A DNA stretch of 64,000 nucleotides from Octopus sinensis (Eukaryota): assembly GCF_006345805.1 (NCBI RefSeq), contig NC_043017.1, positions 13,702,001-13,766,000 of the forward strand, read 5' to 3'. Under the pieces are notes generated by a model. It had not been told where the DNA came from. It ran no database searches and saw nothing but the letters and a program-made list of their open reading frames with translations. Every line of letters starts with the position of its first letter. The first letter of the stretch is position 1. Made by a program: the position numbers and the translations under genes. This document shows, one piece after another, positions 1-11,752 of this stretch.

Positions 1-166
1 TCTCTCTTACACAATTTCTATCTCTCTCACTCTCTTTCTCTCATTCTTTTTCTCTCACTCTCTTTCTATCTCCCTCCAACTCCGTTTGGTTCTTGCTACT
101 TCTTTCACTTTTTTTTGTATCTTCCTTTCTCTGCCATTCTTTCTCCTCCAATTTTTCACTCATTTT

Positions 167-198
<32 letters not shown>

Positions 199-530
199 CC
201 CATATCTCTCTTTTCCCCTCTCTCTCCCCATCGCTTTCATTCCCCTCTCTTCATATCTCTTTCCTCTCCTCTCCTCTCCTCTCTCTTTACCCACCTCTTT
301 CTTCCCCCTTTCGTTTCCTACTCTCTCCTCTCTTTCCTTTTCCGTCTGTCTCCCTCTCTCTTTTCTTCTCTCTCTCCATCTCATTCTTTCCTTTATCTCC
401 ATATCTCTCCTCTCCCCTCTCTCTCTCTCTCCTTTCGTTTCCTTCTGTCTCTTCTCCTGCCACACCCCTCTGCCTCCACCTCTCTTTTCTCCTCTCGCTC
501 TTTCCTCCATCCTTGTCCACTCCTTTCTCA

Positions 531-561
<31 letters not shown>

Positions 562-1260
562 CCCATATCTCTCTTTTCCCCTCTCTCTCCCCATCGCTTT
601 CATTCCCCTCTCTTCATATCTCTTTCCTCTCCTCTCCTCTCCTCTCCTCTCTCTTTACCCACCTCTTTCTTCCCCCTTTCGTTTCCTACTCTCTCCTCTC
701 TTTCCTTTTCCGTCTGTCTCCCTCTCTCTTTTCTTCTCTCTCTCCATCTCATTCTTTCCTTTATCTCCATATCTCTCCTCTCCCCTCTCTCTCTCTCCTT
801 TCGTTTCCTTCTGTCTCTTCTCCTGCCACACCCCTCTGCCTCCACCTCTCTTTTCTCCTCTCGCTCTTTCCTCCATCCTTGTCCACTCCTTTCTCATCTC
901 TCTCTCTCTCTCTCTCTTCCTTTGTTTCTGCTTATCTCTTACTCTTTCCCTATTAATCTTTTCCCTACCTTCACTCTCGCGCCGCCATCCTTCTTTGTTC
1001 TTACTCTTTCTTCGTCTCTCTCACCCCTCTATCTCTCTCTCTCTTTCTCTAACAATACTTCAACGTTATTGTCACTTTCTCTCTCTTCACCTCCCTCTTA
1101 CTATTTCTTACTATTTCTTCCCAACTCCTTGTCTCCCTCTCGTTTTTTCTTTTCCACGTTCCTTGTCTATCAATTTCACTTATTTTATTCTTTTTCTTTC
1201 ATTCTTCTTTTAAAACCATTCTTAATTATTCTGTCTCTCAGCTTCTTATTTTTCTCCGAG
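1..1260. repeat. CT-rich polypyrimidine low-complexity tract containing a ~365-bp tandem duplication
   Basis: Almost purely C/T. ccccatatc at 198 and 561, and gtccactcc at 515 and 881, mark two near-identical copies. Confidence 0.9.
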
Positions 1261-1540
1261 GCAAAGCAATAAAAAACAGAGAAAACATAACTTTGTTGCA
1301 CAGAATAACTATCTATTATTTTTTTTTCCTCTTAGTTTCTTTGACTTTACAATAAAATCTTTTATGTTGTAACCATTTTCAGCTTGTCTGCTACTTCTCT
1401 TATAAACCTTCATACGTTCAAGCGAACGAAAGAGCCTCGGCGCTAGAAATAACAGCCAACAGCAATCATGGGCAAACTGCAGTTTGCGGGGCTTTCTGAA
1501 TGGCACGCCTAACGAAAAATTAGTTTGTCTTTTTTTTTTT

Positions 1541-1923
1541 TACTCTCTTTTACTTGTTTCAGTCATTTGACTGCGGCCATGCTGGAGCACCACCTTTTAG
1601 TCGAGCAAATCGACCCCGGGACTTATTCATTGTAAGCCCAGTACTTATTCTATCAGTCTCTTTTGCCGAACCGCTAAGTTACGGGGACGTAAACACACCA
1701 GCATCGGTTGTCAAGCAATGCTAGGGGGACAAACACACACACAAACACACATATACATATATATATATACGACGGGCTTCTTTCAGTTTCCGTCTACCAA
1801 ATCCACTCACAAGGCATTGGTCGGCCCGGGGCTATAGCAGAAGACACCTGCCCAAGATGCCACGCAGTGGGACTGAACCCGGAACCATGTGGTTGGTTAG
1901 CAAGCTACTTACCACACAGCCAC
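1541..1923 (-). mobile_element. tRNA-derived SINE, family A (CORE-like)
   Basis: Same ~400-bp sequence recurs about 14 times in the window. tRNA-like head with A/B boxes, cttgggcaagtgtctt core, internal (TA)/(TG) microsatellite, (aaagagta)n tail. Confidence 0.85.
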
Positions 1924-2645
1924 TTCTGGGTTTTTTTTTTCTGTAGTGTGGCTCACCTTATGATGAATTATGTTTCGCGCGGCCCGCTTCTCGAAAAAGG
2001 TTGCCTACGCCTACCTACCTTACAGTCTTAAAAGAAGGGCAAACTGGGTAAGGTTTTGAATGCATTATTTCTACTGAAAGACGGGATGGTCACGGTTGGA
2101 AAGCCTTTGTTCATACGTCTGCTCAATCAGGACCGATCTTGTACAAAATAATAATTTTTGTCTAAGAATAATACAATAAGCCACAAAGCGATAGAACCTC
2201 TAACGTGGTAGCTGGACCTGCTTAAAATAACAGCCGAACTCTTTTAAAATTAACTTTTGCTTTGGGCCCTCAACTCCTTCATGGAGTTTCTAGGGGCGCC
2301 GTCATAACATACAGAGTGTCTTAGACAATTTTAGACCTGGCAGAGTCTATCACTTTCCAGGATAGGTCACAGTCGATTTCTTCAAGAAAAGGAGACAGAT
2401 AGAAAGAGAAGAATCGATTTATTTATTGATCTCGAAAGGATGAAAAGCAAAGTTGACCTAGGCAGGATTTGAACTCAGAGCGTAGAGAGTCAGAATGATT
2501 ACCACAAAGTAATCAACTCTCGACACTCTAACGACTCTGCGAACGGACACGCCCTAAATCAGTGGTTTTCAACCTGGGTTCCATATGGCCCCTAAGGGTC
2601 GATATAAGATTTTTTGGCGGGGGTGGGGCGGTCCACGCAACAAAG

Positions 2646-3057
2646 GGATCTTTTCGGTTTGAACGGCAGTTTTTAACATAATTTCTAGGTAACTAAAAAA
2701 TTTTAAACTTCGTATACTGGTAGAATGTGTTTATAAAATATCTTTTTCTCTTGGCTTTATTGAGAAAATTCTATAGTTTATAAGATATTTGTTGTTTTTT
2801 TTTTCTTCAATTTCAACCAATCAATGACGTCCACTGAGGTAAAAAAAAAAAAAACATTCTGTGCCGTATGAATATGTCCCTCGTTTAAGAAACATATTGG
2901 GTTTATTTACATTTGTGAAGAAAAAACGATACCCTTCCCCCCACCCCTAACCCTAAAACAGATTGAAATGCAATAGATCGATACTAGGGTCATAATTATG
3001 GGTGACAATTTCATATGACACCGCTAGAAAAAACTGCCGTTCAAACTGAAAAGATCC
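2646..3057. mobile_element. GG-terminal MITE family 1 (Merlin-like)
   Basis: TIR ggatcttttcggtttgaacggcagttttt and its reverse complement at the ends. Three copies in the window. Confidence 0.8.
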
Positions 3058-3224
3058 TAACAAGGAGTAAATCAGGGATCCACAATAGTATTTTAAGGGC
3101 CCCTGAAAAAATGTTGCTTTAGATGTATGTATAGGTATTTCTTGCAAGAGACAGATAGGTTTCTTTCTCTAACATCTCGTATCATTCAACCGACACGAGT
3201 TAATATGTGAAAAGCTCTCTCTTC

Positions 3225-3648
3225 TACTCTTTTACTCTTTTACTTGTTTCAGTCATTTGACTGCGGCCATGCTGGAGCACCACCTTTAGTCGAGCAAATC
3301 GACCCCGGGACTTATTCTTTTGTAAGCCCAGTACTTATTCTATCGGTCTCTTTTTGCCGAACCGCTAAGTGACGGGAACGTAAACATACCAGCATCGGTT
3401 GTCAAGCGATGGTGGGGGGGGGGGGGACAAACACAGACACACAAACATATACACACACATACATACATATATATATACATATATACGACGGGCTTCTTTC
3501 AGTTTCCGTCTACCAAATCCACTCACAAGGCATTGGTCGGCCCGGGGCTATAGCAGAAGACACCTGCCCAAGATGCCACGCAGTGGGACTGAACCCGGAA
3601 CCATGTGGTTGGTAAGCAAGCTACTTACCACACAGCCACTCTGCGCCT
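3225..3648 (-). mobile_element. SINE family A, full length
   Basis: Near-identical to the other family A copies. Confidence 0.9.
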
Positions 3649-3770
3649 ATAGCTAAATAGAATTTTGAAAGAAATTTCTAGAAAACTAGTTTTTAAACAT
3701 CGAATGGCTATGGGGATCCACCAGAATAAAATAGTAATCCAAAGGGATCCATAAGTAAAAAAAAATATGG

Positions 3771-3936
3771 GGCGTAACTTCGGTATAAGTACCGGAAGTA
3801 CCGGATACAAGAAAGTGTTTTTTTTTATATATGGGTGGTTAGGGTTTGTGTTAGGGTTAGGGGTGGGAGAAAAGGGTTTCTCTTATCTTCAGAAATGTAA
3901 ACAAAGTCACATGTGTACCTATACCGAAGGTTCGCC
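3771..3936 (+). mobile_element. GG-terminal MITE family 2 (Merlin-like)
   Basis: TIR ggcgtaacttcggtata / tataccgaaggttcgcc, TSD aaaatatgg/aaaatatag, internal TTAGGG-like repeats. Confidence 0.75.
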
Positions 3937-4278
3937 AAAATATAGTTGAAAACCCCAGTTCTAAATCCTAAATCACACACCCAATTGTCTTTCGCAAATA
4001 GCAAACAGGTTGTAAATGTATATAATCCTAGATACACTTCTAAAAAGACAGGGGAAGTCACAGCAGGAACATTTTTGATCATGGATCAGTCTGTTCGCTT
4101 AGGACCAAACCTGGATCTAAATAGCAGCCACAGCGACATCCTCAAAACCTGCAATTTTCATAAATGAGTGAGATGAGCGCTGTAATGTTGAGCTAAGTTC
4201 TCTATGAGTGTTCCATGTAGTAACGATTTTCACTTCCCTCGAGGGAGTAAGTTACAAATGTCCCACTATTCTTTAAAG

Positions 4279-4395
4279 AGCGATCCTTCGGTATAGGTAC
4301 CGTAAGTACCGGAAGTGGCTTTGTTTACATTTCTGAAGATAACAGAAACCCTTTTCTCCCACCTCTAACCCTAACCCTAACACAAACCCTAACCC

Positions 4396-4448
<53 letters not shown>

Positions 4449-4498
4449 CTTTCTTGAAATATATTTGGTACTTCTGGTACCTATACCGAAGTTACGCC
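4279..4498 (-). mobile_element. GG-terminal MITE family 2, inverted copy
   Basis: Reverse complement of 3771-3936. Exact 8-bp TSD ctttaaag at 4271-4278 and 4499-4506. Confidence 0.8.
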
Positions 4499-4869
4499 CT
4501 TTAAAGCTGTATATTATCTTGCAAAACTAGCGAAATTTCTCATTTGCATTTTTTAAAAACTTTTTAGATAAAGAAGACAAAGCCACAACCTTTCCCATGG
4601 TTGTTAAAACTTCGCAGGCTCACATCTTAAGCCAGCCCTGATCAAGCAGACCTACGATCAAAGACGTTCCCAACTGTAACCCATTCAATCTTTTCGTTTC
4701 TCAAACGCTAACGTAGTATCTCAGACGACATTATCTATGTGATGCAACGTAGGGTATATTTTGAGGAAGATAGGGCTCCTGTTAATGGCAGACTCGAGTT
4801 CCTGTATAGAGGTTCTCATTGTAAGCTCGTCGCCATCGTCGCTGTTGTTGTTTAACCCAAGGTCATTCC

Positions 4870-4965
4870 TGATCAAACAGCTATGATCATATGATCAAAC
4901 AGCTATGATCATATGATCAAACAGCTATGATCATATGATCAAACAGCTATGATCATATGATCAAA
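4870..4965. repeat. 22-bp tandem repeat x4 (tgatcaaacagctatgatcata)
   Basis: Four exact units plus a partial, inside an older interspersed repeat. Confidence 0.9.
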
Positions 4966-5006
4966 GGTGTTCCAGGAGAATTCATCCCAAGTTTTTATTA
5001 TTATAT

Positions 5007-5064
<58 letters not shown>

Positions 5065-5078
5065 ATTATTATAATATA

Positions 5079-5466
5079 CTAGCAGTATCGCCCGGCGTTG
5101 CTCGGATTTGTAAGGGAAATAACTATATAAGCATTTTTAGAGAGTTATAGCCAAAAAATAGCAAAAAAATGCATCAAAAATGGAAAAAAAAATAATGGTA
5201 AAATTTTTTTTTAATCGTTGACTCATCGTAGACATTTTTAGAGAGTTACTTCCCTTATATAATAGCGAAAAAATGCATTAAAATGATGGTAAATTTTTTT
5301 TAAATCGTAGACTCATCGTAGACGCGCGCTAATACCCAGAAGGGCTCGATATGAATCACGACTATAAGATACCCGGTTTTGGTTAAACTGCACCGCAAAA
5401 TGTGGGAGTAGTTAGGAATCTAAATCGTAGGAGACAGACACACAACTTCACTTTTATATATAAAGA
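5079..5466 (-). mobile_element. Non-autonomous Helitron
   Basis: 5' TC end, 3' hairpin ccgagcaacgccggg then CTAG, no TSD. Matches copies at 36769 and 51681. Confidence 0.85.
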
Positions 5467-5587
5467 TATATATAGAACGCCATGATAGATCGTTAGCTCC
5501 TACACGCATTTTTTCTCTCCTTTTTTTTCTCTCCTTTTTTCTCTCCTTTTTTTCTCCTTGTTTCTCTCCTTGTTTCTTTTCTGTGTA

Positions 5588-5625
5588 TCTTTCTGTTGAA
5601 GAGCGTAGGCTCGAAACGTAAAAGA
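5588..5625 (+). ncRNA. Minimal type-I hammerhead ribozyme motif (Penelope-like), core variant CUGUUGA
   Basis: Stem I tcttt/aaaga, core ctgttga, stem II gagc-gtag-gctc, gaaac-gta with palindromic acgt stem III. Confidence 0.65.
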
Positions 5626-5722
5626 CTTGTTCTATTTCTATTCCTGAGCGCCATACTAATACATTTGTTTGTTTGTACTCCACCTGCCTTCGTCTCTTGT
5701 TTATTTTCGTAAACCTTCCCGT

Positions 5723-5789
<67 letters not shown>

Positions 5790-5793
<4 letters not shown>

Positions 5794-6900
5794 CGTTGAA
5801 GTGACAAAGGAGCATATTCGGCATATTTTTCTTTATGATTTCAATAAAGGTAACAACGTAACAGAAAGTGCTAGGAATATTAGTGCAGTATATGCGGATC
5901 GGACAATACGCGTAACCCAGTGTCAACGGTGGTTCCAAATATTCCGAGCTAGAAACTACAGCCTAGAAGACGAGCCTCGTCCTGGAGGATCTGCAAAGCT
6001 CGACGAGAACGTCCTGCAAAACCTGGTGGAACAAAATCCTATCGTAACTGTTGAGGAACTAGCAGAGAAGCTTGGGTTTGGTCATTCAAGCGTTCACAGA
6101 CACCTGCGTGCCATCGGATAAGTCAGCAAATTGGGTCAATGGGTTCCTCACAAACTTTCAGTGTCTAATCGCGCGCAGAGAGTGAATGTGTGCTCTTCTT
6201 TGCTGTCACGTCTCACGAATGAACTGTTTTGGATCGAATAGTGACTGGTGATGAGAAATGGGTTCTCTATAAAAATGTCAAGCGCCAAAGACAGCGGGAA
6301 GAGAAAGGAGAAAGACCGGCACCCCAGGCTAAAGAAGGTCTTCACTCACGTAAGGTCTTGTTATCTGTTTGGTGGGATATGAAAGGTTTAGTCTACTTTG
6401 AACTTTTAAACACAAACCAAATGATAAAGAAGGAGATCTACTGTGAGGAGCTTGAGCGGCTTAAGTCAGCGCTAGAAGGCAAGCGACCATCTTTGGTTTC
6501 AAGAGGAAAGATGTTCTTCCAGCAGGATAATGCTCGGTCACATACAGCGAGGATGACATTCCAAAGGCTGGAGCAGCTTGAATGGGAAACGATGCCCCAC
6601 CAAACATATTCGTCAGACATTGCCCCGTCTGGTTATCATTTATTCCGCAGTTTTCAAAATCATTTGGACGGAAAAAATATGAATTCTATAGACGAGGTCA
6701 ACACAGTACTGGAGGAGTATCTTTCATCACAAACAAGTAAATTTTGGAAGAGGGGGGCCTTGCAAGTCCACCGGATAGAGGGAAGAACATTTTAGAAAAT
6801 GAAGGCAAGTATAGTTTAGATTAAAAAAGAACTTTGTTTATCTTAATTTTGAAAAATAACAGAAGTATAAAAAACTCATTATTTATGGGATGACCCAATA
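5790..6900 (+). pseudogene. Mariner (DD34D) transposase pseudogene with 3' TIR
   Basis: WVPHKL, TGDEKW, QQDNAR and YSSDIAPSGYHLF motifs. Stop at 6119-6121 and a frameshift near 6229. TIR atttatgggatgacccaata; 5' TIR lost. Confidence 0.92.
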
Positions 6901-6930
6901 CTAGCTGAAATACTCGGCGTTGCCCGAGTT
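6901..6930 (-). mobile_element. Helitron 3' terminus (upstream extent uncertain)
   Basis: Reverse strand reads actcgggcaacgccgagtatttcagCTAG|t. Confidence 0.6.
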
Positions 6931-7631
6931 AATGACTTAAGGAGTTAACAGTAAAATCGCAAAGCTCTTTATCTGACTAGAAAATCTTTTCAAAAAAAAA
7001 GCACTCAGCGCAATTTCGGACTAAGAACACTTTATAGACTTTTTTTTATTTTTCTTCTTTTAAGAATATATTTTTGTTTGATATCCAAATTCCAAACATA
7101 TGCAAGTTCAATTCTGTAAAAACTTGTACAAAAATTCCAAGTCTTTTGAACCCCTTTTCCGTTTCCGCTTAGACGTAATCCTAGCCCTAACTCAAAATTG
7201 TAATCCTAAGTGCTAACACGAAACCCTAATGTTAAATGCAAACTCTCAGCGGAGCAAGAAAGCGCGTCATATGAAAGACATGTGTGTGTGTGGAGAGAGA
7301 GAGAGAGAGAGAGGGGGGGGAGAGGGAGAGAGAAAGAAAGGGAGAGGGAGAGAGAGAGGGGGGCGGAGCGAGAAGGAGCAAAATATTAAAGACGTGTGTG
7401 TGTGTGTGTGTGTGTGGAGTGAGAGAAGGGGATAAGTAAAAAGAATGAGTTTGGTTTAATAACAGATATAGTTGTAGAATTATGCATATACATGTTAAGA
7501 GACTAAACCTTTGATCTAAATCGTTCCTTTTCTTAAAGTTAACATCGTGTGACATACATACATACATACATACATACATACATACATACATACATACATA
7601 CATACATACATACATACATACATACATACAT

Positions 7632-8181
7632 GGTGGCTGCCCCTCGTTATCGGGTATGGCCATTGCACGAAGCTTAATCAATGTTGTTATCGTGCAATGC
7701 CTGTGCAAGAAGATTTTTTTTAAAGTGAGGAAAGGCTGTGCACTGAGTCAATCCCACTCACTAAGCAACAGCAGCCATAATCCGAAAAGAAGAACAAGTC
7801 AACATCATCGGTAACCACTGAGCCGCAGGTTTTATGTCGGAGTTATCCCAGTTACCTGAGTTACCTTCTCCTAGAAGGATGCCCTGACAAAGGCTAGGAG
7901 TCCTTCACTCCCAATGGTTTAACCGCGCGATCGGGTATTCAGTCCGATTATTTCTATGTCCCCGCGCATGATACAGCCTTAAGACATTTATTGGATGGCC
8001 GTTGACTCTCAAGAGTTCCTCCGCCCATTGACAGGTTTTGTTTTTCATCCCGCAGGGTGTCCAATAAACATCCTCCTCACCAAGCAAGCTTGGTGGTGTT
8101 GCCGGTTTAGTCGCCGACGACCCAACCATGTAACAGGTTGTACTGGGTTACATGTTACCAGTAGCACTCGAAAGTAACCTG
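7632..8181 (-). mobile_element. GC-richer retroelement-derived segment resembling an RTE 5' leader, embedded in (ACAT)n
   Basis: ccttctcctagaaggatgccctgac motif resembles RTE leaders from recall. (ACAT)n on both sides; no ORF. Confidence 0.4.
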
Positions 8182-8223
8182 ACACATACATACATACATA
8201 CATACATACATACATACATACAT

Positions 8224-8254
<31 letters not shown>

Positions 8255-8949
8255 TACACACACATAAACACTGTTTTAATTAGCTATCGTCTGTTTCCTA
8301 CGACTTGGCTTTGCAAACTGATTGAAAGCGCTCGCGTGTATCCCTGAATGACTGTTGTATTAACGTTATCATCCCAGTGCCACTCCAGATTTGTCGCTTA
8401 CACAACTCTGTCCTCCCCTTCCCTGATATCAATCACGCTCCCTGTGCCACCTCATTTCCCTCACACCGACACTCTTGCATCCTTCTCATTTTATCAAAAA
8501 ATAGCCCAACCTACCATTAAAATTTTGCAGTACGAGTTTAATTCGTTCCATGACCGAGCTCGTTTTACGATTTACTCGTTTTACAAATCAGTTTTCCCCA
8601 TAATCCGTTCCGGCCCATAAAATCACCCAAATATAATTTTTATGGGTTTTAAAATAGTAAAGGTACAGTTATAACGAAAATGAAAATTATAAAAACATAA
8701 TAAAAGAGAATACAAAACAAATATGTAAACTGGTTTTATTAATCGAACAACCTTAAAGACAGGACGGTTTGTGAGCGAGTTAGACGATGAAGCGTTGAGG
8801 AGAAGGATTACTATTTGGAAGGAGAATCTCCTTTCAAGAAGAATGGTTTCTGGCGTTTTCTCTCTCACTCAGCTTAATTTAGGCTTTTTGGACACTTTCT
8901 TCGCGTTTTACACTTGCAGGTTGTTTCATTAGAAACATATCTGAGCACC

Positions 8950-9296
8950 TTTTCAAACTCCACCTGTCTAACACCCGTGGACATATTTACAAAGTCAGAA
9001 AACAGCACAGCTCCCATGACTTCAGGAAACATTTTTTCACGCTGAGAGTTGCTGAAGCATGGAACAAACTCCCAGCATCAGTTGTTAGTTGTTGGAGCAC
9101 TGCATCCTTCAAAACTTCCATGCTTTCTGAGATTCGCCAACACTACACCTGATTTTCTCCCCTCCATACACACACAAGCATGTATCTGACTCATACATTG
9201 TTCGTTTTCCAGACATTTGTACATTACTGCATATACTCTGACAAGTTGTGGTGCACCTGAGCACTGTATACAATAATTTCATTATTATTATTATTA
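8950..9296 (+). mobile_element. CR1-type LINE 3' end
   Basis: Translates TRGHIYKVRK..FFTLRVAEAWNKLP; (att)n tail. Same tail inverted at about 47917 and 48905-49145. Confidence 0.8.
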
Positions 9297-9522
9297 TCAA
9301 GAGAAGTCTGCTTTTTCCTGCCTCTCAAAATGTTATAGAAATGAGCCAGAGCGGTGTCATTAAATAAAGCAGCCACACGGCCTGTAGATACTTTTTCAGG
9401 ATGATTTCGTTCTCACTGCCACTTTGCCAACACTGCCTTTATGTCACTCGTAGCGAGTGACATAGAGGCATAAATGTGTGTATGTATGTTTATATATATA
9501 TATATCTCATTTACTCAGTCTC

Positions 9523-9849
9523 ATTTACTTGTTTCAGTCATTTGACTGCGGCCATGCTGGAGTACCGCCTTTAGTCGAGAAAATCGACCCCGGGACTTAT
9601 TCTTTGTAAGCCCAGTACTTATTCTATCGGTCTCTTTTGCCGAACCGCTAAGTGAATGGAACGTAAACACACCAGCATCGGTTGTCAAGCAATGCTAGGG
9701 GGACAAACACAGACACACAAACATATACACATACACTTATATATATATATATACATATATACGACAGGCTTCTTTCAGTTTCCGCCTACCAAATCCACTC
9801 ACAAGGCATTGGTCGGCCCGGGGCTATAGCAGAAGACACTTGCCCAAGA
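9523..9849 (-). mobile_element. SINE family A, 5'-truncated
   Basis: Matches the family. Confidence 0.85.
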
Positions 9850-10098
9850 TATATATATATATATTATATATATAATATATATATAATATATATATATACA
9901 TATGTATACATACATATGTGTGTGTTTGTGTTTGTGTGTGTGTGTGTGTGTGGTGTGTGTGTGTGTGTGTGTTGTGTGTGTGTGTGTGTGTATTATCGAA
10001 CAGACATGCACAATATATGTGCCTTGCTTGTTCGCCGGTCGACGACGATTCTCTCATAACGCCGCGTGTAGTAAATTTGATTTACAGCTGTTACTGGT

Positions 10099-10167
<69 letters not shown>

Positions 10168-10519
10168 ACACACATAAAATCAGGTAGTCATTGCGCATGA
10201 CGCTTTACAAGCCCTTTAAGATTAGTGCTGTGGTGGGAGGAAGACATCCTCAAACCGGAGACCTGACCCGACTCAGCTAAAGGTACCCAAAGGCTAGATG
10301 TACCCAAAGGCTAGATGTTGGTGTTAAACTGAGATGTGGGTTAAGTCTATCACCCAAGTGGCTCGCGGCGGAATTTGAGCTCAGAATGCAAAGAGCTGTG
10401 ACGAATACATTAAGGTATCCCGTCTAATACTCTAACGATTCCTCTAACGCACTGCTTTTGGCTGATACTTTTGTTATCGACCCCAGAAGAATGTAAAGCA
10501 AATATGGCCACAGCGGGGA

Positions 10520-10925
10520 TTTGTACTTCCAATACAATATTGGTTTCAAAATTTGGCACAGGGCCTGCAGTTTGTGGGGAGGAGGTAAGTGGATTACACC
10601 GAGCGCAGTCTGCAACTGGTGCATATTTTATCGAACCCGAAAGGATGAAGGGCAAAGTCAGCCTGGGCAAAATTTGAACTTAAAACGTAAAGACGAACGA
10701 AATACCTATTTCTATTTCTTTATTACCCACAAGGGGCTAAACACAGAGGGGACAAACAAGGACAGACATAGGTATTAAGTCGATTACATCGACCCCAGTG
10801 CGTAACTGGTACTTAATTTATCGACCCCGAAAGGATGAAAGGCAAAGTCGACCTCGGCGAAATTTGAACTCACAACGTAACGGCAGCCGAAATACCGCTA
10901 AGCATTTTGCCCGACGTGCTAATGG
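10520..10925 (-). mobile_element. Young Nin-domain SINE (family B) fused to an older Nin-SINE with a different tail
   Basis: gcctttcatcctttcggggtcgat Nin-like domain in both parts; junction at gaaata|ggtattt. Confidence 0.75.
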
Positions 10926-11092
10926 CTCTTCCAGCTCACCGCCTGAGACTTCGAATACAATATTGAAAGCTGGTTCTACAAACGAAACTTTGTATCATTC
11001 TTATGAAAATTCCTTGCAATGAAGTCGATTATTAAATCGGCTTCACAACAGGAAATTTCCATAAGAATTATACCAATAAGGTATCGTAGATA

Positions 11093-11263
11093 GGCGCAGG
11101 AGTGGCTGTGTGGTCAGTAGCTTGTTTACCAACCTCATGGTTCCGGGTTCAGTCCCACTGCGTGGCATCTTGGGCAAGTGTCTTCTGCTATAGCCTCAGG
11201 CCGACCAATGCCTTGTGAGTGGATTTGGTAGACGGAAACTGAAAGAAGCCTGTCGTATATATG

Positions 11264-11298
<35 letters not shown>

Positions 11299-11514
11299 CT
11301 TTACTACCCACAATGGGCTAAACATAGAGGGGACAAACAAGGACAGACAAAGGGATTAAGTCGATTACATCGACCCCAGTGCGAAACTGGTACTTTATTT
11401 ATCGACCCCGTAAGGATGAAAGGCAAAGTCGACCTTGGCGGAATTTGAACTCAGACGTAACGACAGACGAAATACCGCTAAGTATTTCGCCCGGCGCGTT
11501 AACGTTTCTGCCAG

Positions 11515-11566
<52 letters not shown>

Positions 11567-11752
11567 CTAGCATTGCTTGACAATCGATGCTGGTGTGTTT
11601 ATGTCCCCGTCACTTAGCGGTTCGGCAAAAGAGACCGATAAAATAAGTACTAGGCTTACAAAGAATAAGTCCCGGGGTTGATTTGCTCGACTAAAGACGG
11701 TGTTCCAGCATGGCCGCAGTCAAATGACTGAAACAAGTAAAAGAGTAAAAGA
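11093..11752 (+). mobile_element. SINE family A split by a family B insertion
   Basis: 5' half 11093-11270, 3' half 11520-11752. Confidence 0.85.
11296..11518 (-). mobile_element. Nin-domain SINE (family B)
   Basis: Matches the family; nested in the microsatellite of the family A copy. Confidence 0.85.

Larger units (their letters stand above)
2560..3958. mobile_element. hAT-like MITE carrying three nested insertions
   Basis: TIR cagtggttttcaac / gttgaaaaccccag, imperfect 8-bp TSD ccctaaat/ttctaaat. Segments are colinear with the copy at 42193-42752. Confidence 0.7.

Noticed and set aside
86-1272. Long ORFs of 287-385 aa (L/S/F/P-rich) and their R/E/G-rich antisense ORFs
   Set aside because: Artefact of stop-poor CT low-complexity sequence; same applies to 57323-58024 and 60427-60921.
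8100-8181. HDV-like ribozyme at the presumed 5' end of the ACAT-flanked element
   Set aside because: Possible P4, CUAA and P2 pieces exist but no P1/P3 in the required order.
10798-11022. Recurring ORFs such as MRNWYLIYRPRKDERQSRPRRN and MSSNARG
   Set aside because: Translations of SINE copies; frames break at different points in different copies.
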